Assembly: GCA_951406725.2 (NCBI GenBank)
Contig: OX597814.1
Span: 19,902,001-19,966,000 of the forward strand
DNA: 64,000 nucleotides
Direction of reading: 5' to 3'
Source of the DNA: Octopus vulgaris
Lineage: Eukaryota
Below the pieces are notes generated by a model that was given only the letters and a program-made list of their open reading frames with translations, made no database searches and had not been told where the DNA came from. Made by a program: the position numbers and the translations under genes. Below, piece after piece: positions 29,412 through 42,680 of the stretch; positions within the stretch are counted from its first letter, which is position 1; the number at the start of each line of letters is the position of its first letter.

Positions 29412-29936
29412 TACCGTAAATCCTCGAGTATAATCCGCATTTCTTCCCAAAATTTAACGGTCAAAATCCCTAGTGCGTACTATATACGAGGTTAAAAATG
29501 AAAACTATTTTCTAAGCAATGTCCGAGTCTCTATTTGCTGTCCGGCAATGTTTATTCAGACGCATTTTGTGATGTCGGGCGCGAAAATACCTTAAGCTAA
29601 GCCTGAGAGCAATGAAATCATAAAAGAATCATCCATAACTTGCAGTAAGCAACATTTATTAAAATAAAAGTATCCAGAACACAGAATAACATGTAACAAA
29701 AACAATTTGCAAACATATTTACATTCCCATATAACAGTTAAGAACATCACCATTATTGTATTACGCATGTGTGGAAGTGTTTGTTCGACTAGGTGTTGCT
29801 GGCATAATTACGCGCGATTCAAGTTAGAGAAGGGGTGCGTATTATACACAAGGTTTAGGTTTTTCAGAAGTGCAGCCCCCTAAAAATCCCCTGCGTATTA
29901 TACTCAAGAGCGGACTATACTCAAAGATTTACGGTA
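29412..29936 (+). mobile_element. MITE, same family as 8520-9036
   Basis: TIRs taccgtaaatcctcgagtataatccgc / gcggactatactcaaagatttacggta; shares both terminal blocks with 8520-9036. Confidence 0.85.
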
Positions 29937-30021
29937 TCCATTTTATCAAAGCAGTGAAAGAACTCACATCTTGCGAGGGTACATTTTGTCTTTCGCTCCT
30001 TTGGTGTCCAATAAATAACTA

Positions 30022-30219
30022 TACAGTAATCCCTCGACTATCGCGATGAGTGAAGATCCGCGAAGTAGAAACAGTACTGTACTGTATATTTGGTTTTATC
30101 ATTTTTATAATCTGCATATATTTATTTTATTGTAAATGCAAAACATCACAGAGGAATCGACGTAAGCTTGAATAACAAACCGCGATAGATGAACCGCGAT
30201 ATGGCGTGGGATTACTGTA
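30022..30219 (+). mobile_element. Tigger/pogo-like MITE
   Basis: TA-cagtaatccctcgactatcgcg ... cgcgatatggcgtgggattactg-TA: imperfect TIRs with TA TSD. Confidence 0.8.
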
Positions 30220-30454
30220 AACGTTAACGGTGGGTTTTTTTTGCTTGCTTTTTATCTCCTGTTTATTGTTTTTAATAAGCACTACAGTTGTATTACATTT
30301 ATGTTACATCATATCAACATCTATTAATAAGCACAGCACACAAACTTGAACAATACAGACTAACTTTAAAATCATTTTTTTTTCCTTTCTGTAGGATATA
30401 TGACGATAAGATGTTGCATCAGGCAAGAGAAGACAATCATCAAAGCTTCCAGTG

Positions 30455-30522
<68 letters not shown>

Positions 30523-30680
30523 GACAGCGAGAGGCAGAGAGACAGAGAGAGAGCGTCGAGCTTACGATCGTGAAGTTGTGGGTTCGATTCCGGGACCGGA
30601 CTGCGTGTTGCGTTCTTGAGCAAGATACTTTATTTCACATTGCTCCAGTTGTTTACTCCAATGTCAGCCACGATCGAGCC

Positions 30681-30730
<50 letters not shown>

Positions 30731-30733
<3 letters not shown>

Positions 30734-31126
30734 TTATATATAAAAGAGAAGTTGTGTGTCTGTCTCCTACGATTTAGATTCCTAACTACTCCCACATTTT
30801 GCGGTGCAGTTTAACCAAAACCGGGTATCTTATAGTCGTGATTCATATCGAGCCCTTCTGGGTACTAGCGCGCGTCTACGATGAGTCTACGATTTTAAAA
30901 AAAATTACCATCACTTTTTTCCATTTTTATGTATTTTTTCGCTATTATATAAGGGAAGTAACTCTCTAAAAATGTCTACGATGAGTCAACGATTTAAAAA
31001 AAATTTACTATAATTTTTTTTCCATTCTTAATGCATTTTTTTGCTATTTTTTTGCTATAACTCTCTAAAAATGCTTATATAGTTATTTCCCTTACAAACC
31101 CGAGCAACGCCGGGCGATACTGCTAG
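30731..31126 (+). mobile_element. Non-autonomous Helitron family A
   Basis: 5' TCTTTATATATAAAAG; 3' cccgagcaacgccggg hairpin then CTAG; inserted in (TA)n at A|T. Confidence 0.9.
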
Positions 31127-31292
31127 TATACATATATATATATATATCAAGGGTTAACAGATTAAGGAAATAAGGAGAAAATGCTAGACGAAAGCAGAGC
31201 AAACAGGAAACTAGACGAAAACTTAACGGATGGGAAATATAGACAAATCATGCAGTACGGTATTTGAGATACCTGTTGTAGTCTAAAAATAA

Positions 31293-31615
31293 GGCGCGTG
31301 GCTTAATGGTTAGGGTATTCGGCTCGCGATCGTTGGGTCACGAGTTCGATTCCCGGCGACGCGTTCGTTGTGTCTTTGAGCAAAACACTACATTTCACGT
31401 TTCTCCAGTCCACTGAGCTGGCAAAAATGAGTAGTACCTGTATTTCAAGGGGCCAGCCTTGTTACATTTGTGTCACGCTGAATCTCCCTGAGAAGTATGT
31501 GAAGGGGTACAAGTGTCTGTGGAGTGCTCAGCCACTGACACGTTAATCTCCCGAGCAAGCTGTTCCATTGATCGGATCAACTGGAACCCTTGTCGTCGTA
31601 AGCGACGGAGGGCCA
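31293..31615 (+). mobile_element. tRNA(Arg)-like SINE family B variant
   Basis: ggcgcgtggcttaatggttaggg...gagttcgattccc head; tail shared with 48166-48526. Confidence 0.8.
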
Positions 31616-31735
31616 GTTTTTACTTGTCTGTATAGTCCAAATACATGTCACTAACCACTCTAAATTATTTCTCTTGCTTAAATTGTGCATATAACTTATG
31701 CCATAAATATGTTCTACTCTTTTTGCATAAGTCTT

Positions 31736-31902
31736 ATTTTTTATTGCCCACAAGGGGCGAAACATAGAGGGGACAAACAAGGACAGACAAAGGGATTAAG
31801 TCGATTACATCGACACCAGTGCGTAACTGGTACTTAATTTATCGACCCCGAAAGGATGAAAGGCAAAGTCGACCTCGGCGGAATTTGAACTCGGAACGTA
31901 AA
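31736..31902 (-). mobile_element. SINE family A, 5'-truncated
   Basis: Reverse complement of the family A body; flanking tttttgcata.gtct duplication. Confidence 0.8.
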
Positions 31903-32617
31903 GACTTTTTTGCATAGGTCTAAGTCTCTTGACTACTGGATATAAGACAGGACAATTGTCGTGCTATTGATGTATTTTGATCCAGAAACACAAGCTCCCT
32001 CTTTTCCGTAATGGAGTTTCAACTTTAGATAAATTCTTGAGTATTGAGATTATCTCCCCTTTTCATATAGTCCTGGTTTTAACAGCCATTTGATAATTAT
32101 GACATCATCAAGAATTGGAGACAGTTTTAAATAAATCAATACTTTGTATTATATGGTGTTTGATATATCTTACATGTGTACATGCATGTGTGTATAAGTG
32201 TGTGTGTGTGTGCGTGTGTAGCTGTGTGTCTTTCATTGACACAAATAATATACATATGTGCCAATGCATACATACACACACGCACCTACACACGCGCACA
32301 CACACACATAACTGGCTTTTGTACATTTGCTTCAGCTAATATCCATTCACAAAACATTGGCAAACTTAAGGCTATAGCAGAAGATATAGACCAAAACACT
32401 GCATAGCAAAATAGAACTCAGAACCATACGCAAGGCAAGACAACCATATGCGCATGCCTGCGACTTACGACATTCAGTTACGTTTCTCTACATACCGGGT
32501 TCAAATAGAATTTGAACTCGGAACGTAAAGACTTTTTTGCATAGGTCTAAGTCTCTTGACTACTGGAGATAAGACAGGACAATTGTCGTGCTATTGATGT
32601 ATATTGATCCAGAATAG

Positions 32618-32848
32618 ATTTCTTTATTGCCCACAAGAGGCTAAACATAGAGAGGACAAACAAGGACAGGCAAAGGAATTAAGTCGATTACATCGACCCC
32701 CAGTACGTAACTGGTACTTAATTTATCGACCCCGAAATGATGAAAGGCAAAGTCGACCTCAGCGGAATTTGAACTCAGAACGTTGCAGCAGACGAAATAC
32801 TGCTAAGCATTTCGCCCGACGTGCTGACGTTTCTGCCAGCTCGCCGCC
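32618..32848 (-). mobile_element. SINE family A
   Basis: Full reverse-complement copy ending ...ttctgccagctcgccgcc. Confidence 0.85.
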
Positions 32849-33867
32849 TTTTTCCGGGTTCAAATTCTATTAGTATTAACTTCGAATTTCGTATTTCCTG
32901 GTTCCATAAGATAAACACCAATCAAACAGGGAACACGACTGTACTAGCCCCCTATAAATGTCCGGCCATGTGTTATAAATCATTATAAGCAAACGCTGCA
33001 GTTGTTTACTTCAATGTCAACCACGATCGAGCCGACATATGATGAAAAGGGATCCAGATGTGACCATCCTTTCTTGTCTGTCCGCTTACCATTTCTTTTC
33101 GTTTTTTGAATTTCGCTTTTTTTGATGTTCCAGCTGTGACCTTCTTTGTTTGTTATGTTTCTTTTGCCTGTTTGTTTTTTTGTTTGTTTTTTTTTTTTTT
33201 CAAGCATGGTTGTGTGGCTAAGAAGCTCGCTTTGGAACCATTTATATTTGGTTTCAGTCTCACTGCGCAGAAACTTAAGTGTTTTCCACTAAAGCATCGA
33301 GCCGACCCCTTGTGAGTGAATTTGGTAACCGAAAACTGTGCTAGCCCGTCGTGTGTGTGCGTATGCGTGCGCGTAAGGGTGGGTGGGTGTATGTGTGTGT
33401 GTGCACATGTGTGTGTGTGTGCACATGTGTGCGTCTGCACATGTGTGTGTGCATGTGTATGTATACGTGCGTGTGAGTCTGTGTGTGTGCGTGTGTGTGC
33501 GTGGTGTGTGGGTGCGTGTATGTGTGTGGGCATATGTGCATGTGTGTGCGTGTCTGTGCGTGTGTGTGTGTGCGCGCGTATGATTGTGTGCGTGTGTGTG
33601 TGCGCGCGTGTCTGCGTGTGTGCGTGTGCAAGGTGGTGCCCCAGCATGGCCGCAGTCCAATGACTAAAACAAGAATAATAACTATACTGCCTCTAGGACT
33701 TTATTACCCAATGTAATATAGTCCTTTTATAAGACTTTGGTGTGTGATTTGTGGTATATTTGGCTAATATGTCTAGCAGGTCGAGTGTTGATCCATTATA
33801 CACAAACAACAACGGTGCATCTGTACCAAAAATAAAATGTATTATTTCTAACATAGGCAAAGCAGCT

Positions 33868-34430
33868 AGATGGCAGCATCGTTAGCACGCCGGGCGAAAT
33901 GCTTTGCGGTATTTAGTCCGCTGCTACGTTCTGAGTTCAAATTCCACCGAAGTCGACTTTGCCATTCATCCTGTCGGGCTCGATTTAAATAAGTACCAGT
34001 TACGCACTGGCGTCGATATAATCGACTTAATCCGTTTGTCTGTCCTTGTTTGTCCTCTCTGTGTTTAGCCCCTTGTGGGTAGTAAAGAAATAGGTATTTC
34101 GTCTGTCTTTACGTCCTGAGTTCAAATTCCGCCGCAGAAGACTTTGGCCTTCATCTATTCGGGGTCAATAAATTCAGTACCAGTTGCGTACTGAAGTCGA
34201 TCTCCCCCAAAATTTTGGACCTTGTGCCAAGAGTAAAAATAAGAATCGTTAGCATGCTGGACGAAATACTTTGCGGTATTTCGCCCGTCGCTACGTTCTG
34301 AGTTCAAATTCCGCCGAGGTCGACTTTGCCTTTCATCATTTCAGAGTCCGATAAAATAAGAACGAGTTAAGCACTGGAATCGATGTAATCGACTCATCAC
34401 CACCTCCCACAAACTGCCCTTATGGCAAAA
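33868..34430 (+). mobile_element. SINE family A multimer (three B-box/core units)
   Basis: Repeated gagttcaaattcc...tcatc...gataaa units, with the dimer junction aaagaaataggtatttcgtctg at ~34085. Confidence 0.8.
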
Positions 34431-35143
34431 ATTTGAAATAATTATTTCTAACATAGGCACAAGACCAGAAATTTTTCGTAAGGAGGGGGTTAATTGATTA
34501 AATCAAACCCAGGAATAAAATACTTTGTTTTAAGAAGCGTAAAAGACAAAGTTGATTTCGGCAGGATCTGAACTCAGACCATAAAGTGTTGGAACAGCAA
34601 AGTTGACCTCGCTGGAACTTAAACTCAGAACGTAAAGTTGGACGAAATAGGCGCCAAGCATTTTACCCAGCAGTCAACTGTTCGTCTTGCTCGTCACCTT
34701 GCTTGCTGGTTCAGACAGAAGGCCAGCAGATGCCCTTGATCATGACAGTTAAATTATACTTCTTTTATCAACCTCGAAGGAATGGAAGGCATAGTTGATC
34801 TCGGCGGTATTTGAACTTAGATTGTAAAGAGCCGGAAAAAATACTGCAAAACATTTTTTCCGACTACTTAATGATTCTACCACGATATCACCTTAGTTTA
34901 GCCACAAATAATTGTTTCAAATTTTGGCACAAGGCCTTCAAATTTAAAGGAGACGGGGTTAAGCGATTGCATCGACACCAGTTCTTGACTGTTAACTATA
35001 TTTTATCACCTCTTGAGAGATGAAAGGCAAAATTGACCTCGGTGGGAATTGAACACAGTATGCAAAGGGCTGTAACGCACCCTCGCAAAGCATTTTACCA
35101 ATGTTCTAACGATTCCGTCAGCTCGCTGCCTTTACAACTTTTT

Positions 35144-35503
35144 GGAAGCACTCCGTCGGTTACGACGACGAGGGTTCCGGTTGATCTGAATCAACGGAAC
35201 AGCCTGCTCGTGAAATTAACGTGTAAGTGGCTGAGCACTCCACAGACACGTGTACCCTTAACGTAGTTCTCGGGGATATTCAGCGTGACACAGAGAGTGA
35301 CAAGGCCGGCCCTTTGAAATACAGGTACAACAGAAACAGGAAGTAAGAGTGAGAGAAAGTTGTGGTGAAAGAGTACAGCAGGGATCACCACCATCCCCTG
35401 CCGGAGCCTCGTGGAACTTTAGGTGTTTTCGCTCAATAAACACTCACAACGCGATCCTACGACCGCGAGTCCGCTGCCCTAACCACTGGGCCATTGCGCC
35501 TCC
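35144..35503 (-). mobile_element. SINE family B
   Basis: Reverse complement of 48166-48526; TSD gcctttacaact at 35128-35139 and 35506-35517. Confidence 0.9.
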
Positions 35504-35708
35504 ACGCCTTTACAACTACAGATAATAGCAAAATAACAATACACACACACACACACACACATTCATACATACATGTATAGAGTTAGAGTTGTTTGGGTAG
35601 GGCATTGTTTTTATCTCTCTCTCCCCCTCTTTCTCCTCTCTTTCCCTCTCACAGATACATACATATACATGCATTATATATGTGTGTGTGTGCGTGTGTG
35701 TATGCGTG

Positions 35709-35774
<66 letters not shown>

Positions 35775-36394
35775 GGAATCGATTCAATCGAAAACCCTTT
35801 CTTCTTCGTAAACAGGCCCCAACGCTTTTTAACGCTTTTTAGTATTAAACAACGTTGTTTGTTTAAAGAAAGAAAAAAAAATCGCGATGTTCATGTTTTC
35901 ACTAGATACACATTATAAGAATGATTTGGTTATTATTACCAATCGATTTTTAGATTGCTTTGATAATTAATTCAAAGCTTCTCTGACTGAAAAAAAAAAT
36001 TAATGATTATTTCCTCTACGAAGCAAACACGCTTCTGTAAAAGATAAACTCTTGAGCGAAACCATAATTTGACGTTTGGAATTTTGATTCAAGTCTGCAG
36101 TTATTTCACTAGATAAGGTTGCGTTAACATATTTAATGTATGGATCATAAGAAATAGCAATGAGTGTGGGAGAAGGAACTAGATTAGTCAACTATTAATA
36201 TTATTTTTCATTATTTTTTTCAATCAATACAGGAAAACACTGAACATGTTTCGATCCTGTCGTGACCTCTACAGCGAATCAGCCTCCCGGCTCGTAAAAG
36301 TGAGTTAAAGAATGAAACACGTGAACGCTTAGGATTTTACATTGATTGATTTGGGAAAAATATGATATTTACAGCTGGTAAATACTGCCGATTT

Positions 36395-36610
36395 AGATCT
36401 TTTCGGTTTGAACGGCAGTTTTTTCCACGTAACTAAACACTTTTAAACTTCGTATACTGGTAGAATATGTTTATAAAACATCTTTTTCTCTTGGTTTTAT
36501 TGAGAAAATTCTATAGTTTGTAAGATATTTGTTGTTTTTTCTTCAATTTCTGCAATTTCAACCAATCACTGACGTCCATTGAGGTAAACAACATTCTGTG
36601 CCGTATGAAG
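36395..36610 (+). mobile_element. Partial GGATCTTTTC-TIR DNA element (left part)
   Basis: Near-identical to 48713-48937. Confidence 0.75.
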
Positions 36611-36979
36611 AAATATCTAACAAAATCACTTAACGTGCTACAATTAGCAACCGGATCTCCTTCAAATGCAATCCTACAGTCATGAGAATGTTCTGTTAGA
36701 GCTTTTGACCAAATGGAGCTGACCCACACCTACCTGGGTCTAAACACCAACGACGGAAGCTATGCAAAAGAAAAATCATTATTTGTTTTCGTTTTTCTTT
36801 TTCTGGTGTCGAGCCGGCAGAATCGTTAGCACACCGGGTAAAATGCTTTGCAGCACTTCGTCCGTTTTTATGTTCTGAGTTCAAATTCCACCGAGACTGA
36901 CTTTGCCTTCCATCCTTTCGAGGTCGATAAAATAAATACCAGTTGAGTACTAGGGTCGATGTAATCGACTTACCCCCTT

Positions 36980-37034
36980 GGACCGACCAAAGCCTTGTGG
37001 GTGGATTTGGTAAACGGAAACTGAAAGCCCACCC

Positions 37035-37098
<64 letters not shown>

Positions 37099-37340
37099 TG
37101 TGTGTGTGAGTGTGTGTGTGTGTGTGTATTTGTGTGTCTGTGTTTGTCTCCCCACCATCGCTTGACATCCGATGTTAGTGTGTTTGCGTTCCCGTAACTT
37201 AGTGGTTTGGCAAAAGAGAACCGATAGAATAAGTTCTATGCTTACAAAGAATAAGCCCTGGGGGTCGATTCGTTCGACTAAAAGGCGGTGCTCCAGTATG
37301 GTCGCAGTCAAATGACTGAAACAAGTAAAAGAATAAAAGA
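36980..37340 (+). mobile_element. SINE family C (5'-truncated) with internal (TG)n
   Basis: ccgaccaaagccttgtg...ggaaactgaaag...cgcagtcaaatgactgaaacaagtaaaagaataaaagaat. Confidence 0.8.
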
Positions 37341-37496
37341 ATATATGAATATCCTCTTTCATCTTCGTATGTCAGTGTTCTACCTTCTCTTTTTAACTGA
37401 TCACCCATTCCTTAACATCATATTGGCATCTTTCTCTTCTCTTTTCTTTCCTTTTCCTTCATTTCTTCCTCTTATTCTTTAACATTTCTTCCGCTG

Positions 37497-37551
<55 letters not shown>

Positions 37552-38598
37552 TTATCTCTCACCCCTTTCTCTCTCCTTCTCTCTGTTTTATACTTCCTCT
37601 CCTATGCTTTCCCTCTCTCCTCTATTATTCTCTATCACATTTCTTCATCCTGTTTTCCTTTCCCATGTAATTTCTCACACCATATTATTCTCTCATTCTC
37701 TCATTCTCTCATTCGCTCCTGTTTCTCTCTCGCTATATTATTTTCTTATATATATATATATATATATATATATTAATGATTTTATTATTATTTCCATTTC
37801 TTGTTTCCTTTTGCTCTCTCAGTGTCTTATAACCACTTCAAATATTTTTCTCTTTCTTTCATTTTCTTATCTCCTCGCTCTTTCTACGTTTTCTATCCCC
37901 TTCTCTCTATCTCTCTCTCTCTCTCTTTCTCGTTATTTCTTTTACCATTTCACTTGCTCCCCTTCTCTTTTTTTCTTTCTTTCTTTCTCTCTTTTATACT
38001 CTCTCATTATCTTTTACTATCATTGTCTTTCTCTCTCGTAATTTTTTCTACTTCATTTTCTTTCATCCTTCATTCCGCTCTTTTACCCTTTCTCCCCCTC
38101 TCTCTCTCTCTCTCTATCTATTTATCTAGCTCTCTTTTTCTTTCTTCTCTTTCTCACTATCTTTCCCTCTCTTTCACACATTCACTCTCTTTCTCTCACT
38201 CTCTCTTAGATATCCTCCTTTTCATATAATCCGACCGTTAATCCCATTATCATTAATACCACTTAATCCAGAATCAAAGAACTCCAGATCGAAATTCGTT
38301 AAAGTACCTGAGTCTCGAAAGGAGAAAGATGGCTGTAATCTTAAATCTTTAATTACAGTTACTGTTTCACACCCAATCCTCTTTCAGAAGTTAATTAAAG
38401 AAACATCCAGGTGCAAAGGTGCAACAGCAGAGTCAGAAATGATTGCACATTGTCTTTACATTACAACAAAAACATAAAGTTCACGAAACGAAAACATTCT
38501 TTAAAATTATAGGGGCTGAGCTAAGACTGTTGTCTTTGTTGCTGCTGATGATGATGTTGCTGCTGTTGTCTTCTTCTTCTTCTTCTTCTTCTTCTTCT

Positions 38599-38657
<59 letters not shown>

Positions 38658-39152
38658 TTCTTATTCTTCTTCTTATTCTTATTCTTCCAATCAGGACTCA
38701 CGCCATTAGCCACAAAGAATAATCTCTAATTCGAGCCTACTCTAAGCTGCTAAGAGTGCGTGTGGCAAGTTGAAGATCCACCCACCACACTGGCGGTTGC
38801 ACGGGCGCGAAAGCTACGTTGTTATCCTCATTCCGTAAACGGTGAGTTTTAACGGGTAGAGAGCTGAACCATCCTGGGGTACAGAGAATGTTTAAAAAAC
38901 CATAAGAAAATTATGTTTGTTTTAAAACTTGAGATTACATAGAAAGTATTTTGCGTAGGATATGGGCAGTTCCCTTGAGCACTATCTTTTGAATTTCTGC
39001 CATTTTGGAGTTTCCTGGTATCTGAGCTAGGTGGCAATCAACCCCTTTTGCTATCATTCCCAGGACACCTATGACAACGGGTATTATTATTATTATTATT
39101 ATCATTGTTATTGTTATTATTGTTATTGTTATTATTATTGTTATTATTGTTA

Positions 39153-39187
<35 letters not shown>

Positions 39188-39221
39188 GTTATTGTTATTA
39201 TTGTTATTATTATTGTTGTTA

Positions 39222-39255
<34 letters not shown>

Positions 39256-39894
39256 TTTTCTTTTTCTTCTTTCAAATTTGCTTCCATTTCTTGCCGAGTG
39301 TCTTCCCGACTCCTAGGGCAAAGAAACTCATAGTATACATTGGTAGGCCATTAAACCAAACTCAATAGTTCGTACATTTTTTTTTTTTAAGTTAAATTAA
39401 AATACATGAGCAGCAACAGTTCTCACATCTATTGTTATTATTATTATTTAAAATCCTATCTTTTCCATGTATGCATGCTTCGGTGCACGTGAGTGTGTGT
39501 ATAATGCACACAGTTATGAGCGGATAATTTGAAAAGTGATATAAGTTATAATACTAATAATACATACAATTTTAGCCTGTGAAATGTAAAAGAATGTATT
39601 TGGTCTTTTTTTTTTTTTTTTTTTTCATCTGTGGGTAGAAACAAGGCAATTGTTCTAGCTTGTTTCAGAGTTCTTTCTGGAAACTCATCGGAGAACAAGT
39701 GCATTCTTCATCTGCCCTGAGAGACTAGTAGCTTGTAGCTATTTATGGTGAATACAGACCAGGTCACAGTTTGTTTAATCAACTCAACAGAGCATACGTT
39801 TATATATTTCCACATAGGGCTATTTATCTCTTCAAAACCTATGCTATATTACTGAGTAATTTAGTAAATACATAGCCGAAGCTATCTCCTCTCC

Positions 39895-39942
<48 letters not shown>

Positions 39943-40378
39943 AATCTATTAGTCTCTCTCACACTCTCTCATCCATTCTCTTTCTGTCACTCTTTTTCTC
40001 TCTCACTTTCTTCCTCTCTTCGATTCCCTCCTTTTCATATAATCCCATTATCATTAACACCACTTAATCCAGAATCAAAGAACTCCAGGTTGAAATTCGT
40101 TAAAGTATCTGAGACTCGAAAGGAGAAAGATGACTGCAAAAGAAGACATATATCTCAAGATGCTGCAGAAAGGAATAAAACCCTATAACTATGTGCGTTA
40201 AGATTTAAACTGATCAAAGAGATAAATCGTGTAGAGATCGATATATTCTTATCTAATAAGTAAGTCATTGATCTCTGTTAGTTAATCGTAGGTGAGTATC
40301 CAGTTGCGGGGTTAATTACACTGCTTTAGTCATTCTATTAGTGTATAAGTATTCCACAGAAAAGTGCACCCCTAATAT

Positions 40379-41090
40379 AGGGTGGCTCAAAAGTCACTGG
40401 ATTATTTCAACATTTAATAACTCTTATTTATTAAATATTCATATTTATTCTTTTATAAACAACTAGCAGTATCGCCCGGCGTTGCTCGGGTTTGTAAGGG
40501 AAATAACTATATAAGCATTTTTAGAGAGTTATTGCCAAAAAATAGCAAAAAAATGCATTAAAAATGGAAAAAAAATTATGGTAATTTTTTTTAAATCGTT
40601 GACTCATCGTAGACATTTTTAGAGAGTTACTTCCCTTATATAATAGCGAAAAAATGCATTAAAATGGAAAAAAATGATGGTAATTTTTTTTTAAATCGTA
40701 GACTCGTCGTAGACGGGCGCTAATACCCAGAAGGGCTCGATATGAATCACGACTGTAAGATACCCGGTTTTGGTTAAACTGCACCGCAAAATGTGGGAGT
40801 AGTTAGGAATCTAAATCGTAGGAGACAGCCACACAACCTCTCTTTTATATATAAAGATTAAACATTTTTAATTAGTTTTAAAGACTAAGTCATTCAAATA
40901 GCCACCATTTTCTTCTTGACAATGGCAGAATCTTTCTATAGAGTGTTCCATCACAATTCATAATAGTTCTTGGATTATTACTGCATTTCTTAACGGATGT
41001 TGGCTTTAAATTTCTGAATGGTCTGAGGGTTTTTTTCCCGCATACTCCGTCTTTCAGATATAGCTGTAAGAAAAATTAGGTGAATGTGAA
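40379..41090 (-). mobile_element. Tc1/mariner transposase C-terminal remnant with Helitron insertion
   Basis: TA-tagggtgg-like end; minus strand IVMEHSIERFCHCQEENGGYLN resembles the mariner/Tc1 C-terminal R...C...NGG.FE motif. Confidence 0.5.
40463..40857 (-). mobile_element. Non-autonomous Helitron family A
   Basis: Same TC...hairpin-CTAG ends; inserted at A|T. Confidence 0.9.
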
Positions 41091-41533
41091 GATAAATTGA
41101 AAACGGTCTAATGACACCAAAAGTATTTATCACTAAATACGTTCAATGTCCAATGAGCGAAAACACCTAAATCGCCAGCGTCCAAACAGCCACTCCCAAT
41201 CAGTTCATTCCGATGTGACAAAGCGTGACAAGTTTATGGAATTACAGGCATAATCAGTCCGGCATGCTTCAGTATATTTTCTGTCAACGCAATTTCACTC
41301 GTAAGACTTAGTCGACCTAAGGTAAGACAGACGACACTTAAGATGACACACTAGGGACTTCCACAGTGTCCGTCTACCAAATTCACTCACAAGGTTTTGG
41401 TTGGCCTGGGGTTATAGTAGAAGGTACTTACCCAAGGAACTGTGAAATGGGTCTGAACCCGAAATCACGTGGTTTACAAAGTGAGCTACACATAAACACA
41501 TTCTATAAGTGTGTGTGTGTGTATGTGTGTGTG

Positions 41534-42226
41534 TTCCAAGTGCGAGAGTAGATTGAGGCCGTCAACGTCCCCGGGGCCTCCAGTCGTTCGCTTTACCGGG
41601 CGGAATTGCATGTCGTTCTCCCGCTGGCGCCAGCTATCCTGAGGGAAACTTCAAAGGAACCAGCTACTAGACGACTCGATTGGTCTTTCGCCCCTACACC
41701 CGGTTCCGTCGATTGATTTGCACGTCAGAGGCGCTTCGGATTTCCACCAGAGTTTCCTCTGGCTTCGTCCCGACCGGGCGTAGATCACCATCTTTCGGGT
41801 CCCCGGAGCGGGAACGCGACGACGCGCGGAAACGCGGTCACGAACGCGCAAACGATGCTTCGAGGCACCGACGATGGCGTGTCACATTCTCGCTTTCGCT
41901 GTACCATCGGAGTTCGCGAAGTGAAAGGCTCCAACGACTCACAGTCGACTGGAATTCCTCGGTCCGTGTTTCAATACGGGTAGGGTAGGTTGCCGATGTT
42001 CGTCGCTGACTGGCGGCAAACGGGCGGCTTTTCGAGCGGTCCCTCTCGCGAGGGAAGCAACGCGGCAGCACGCGGGCGACTCGCTGCGTCGTGCTTGCTA
42101 AAGGCGGGGGGCGTTAATCAGTCTCCGTCGGTTAGTCGTGCCTGCGCTTTCGTGGAGCGACGGGCCCGGTCGAGAGAAGCGCGTAGTTCCCGGCGCTGGC
42201 CGGCCGCGAAGCCGACGGGGCGCTTA
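41534..42226 (-). pseudogene. Dispersed 28S rRNA fragment (D2-D3 region and downstream core)
   Basis: Minus strand contains acccgtattgaaacacggaccgagga (cf. GACCCGTCTTGAAACACGGACCAAGGA), acccgaaagatggtgatcta, ggggcgaaagaccaatcga, tagtagctggttcct..gaagtttccctcaggatagctgg and ggtaaagcgaacgactggagg; GC-rich island with no other rDNA nearby. Confidence 0.92.
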
Positions 42227-42680
42227 TCTATAAGTGTGTGTGTGTGTGTGTGTGTGTGTGTAACATGCATTAGTCTTATTTTTCTTCGTTATTTTTTATG
42301 TTGATGTTTCCGTTGTTGTTGATATTGTTGTTGTTGCAAGTGTTGTTTTCTTTTAAAATTCTACTCTATACCTTTCACGACTTCTAAGATTTCAGTAACG
42401 TTAAAATTTCTGGATAGTCGTCATTCCATAGTATAAAACAAAAATTCCTTTAAGAGAGAGAGAGAGTGAAGAAATTGTGACGAAGATATATCGTTAGACA
42501 TATTGATACTTATAAAAAAAAAAAAACGGGATGCGAAAATATGTGCGTATCTGTGCGTGTGTGTGTGTGTGTTCGAAAGAGGGTGGAAAATATAAACAGA
42601 AAGCGACATACAGAAGACACCGAAGCAAATCAATGGAATACATGTGGTGGAAAGTTATATATGTATATACATGTATATGT

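Noticed and set aside
30375-30455. Possible exon after a polypyrimidine tract and TAG
   Set aside because: Weak donor running into a microsatellite; no recognisable product.
41651-42304. GC-rich ORFs of 66-104 aa
   Set aside because: They overlap the 28S rRNA fragment and are spurious rRNA-derived ORFs.
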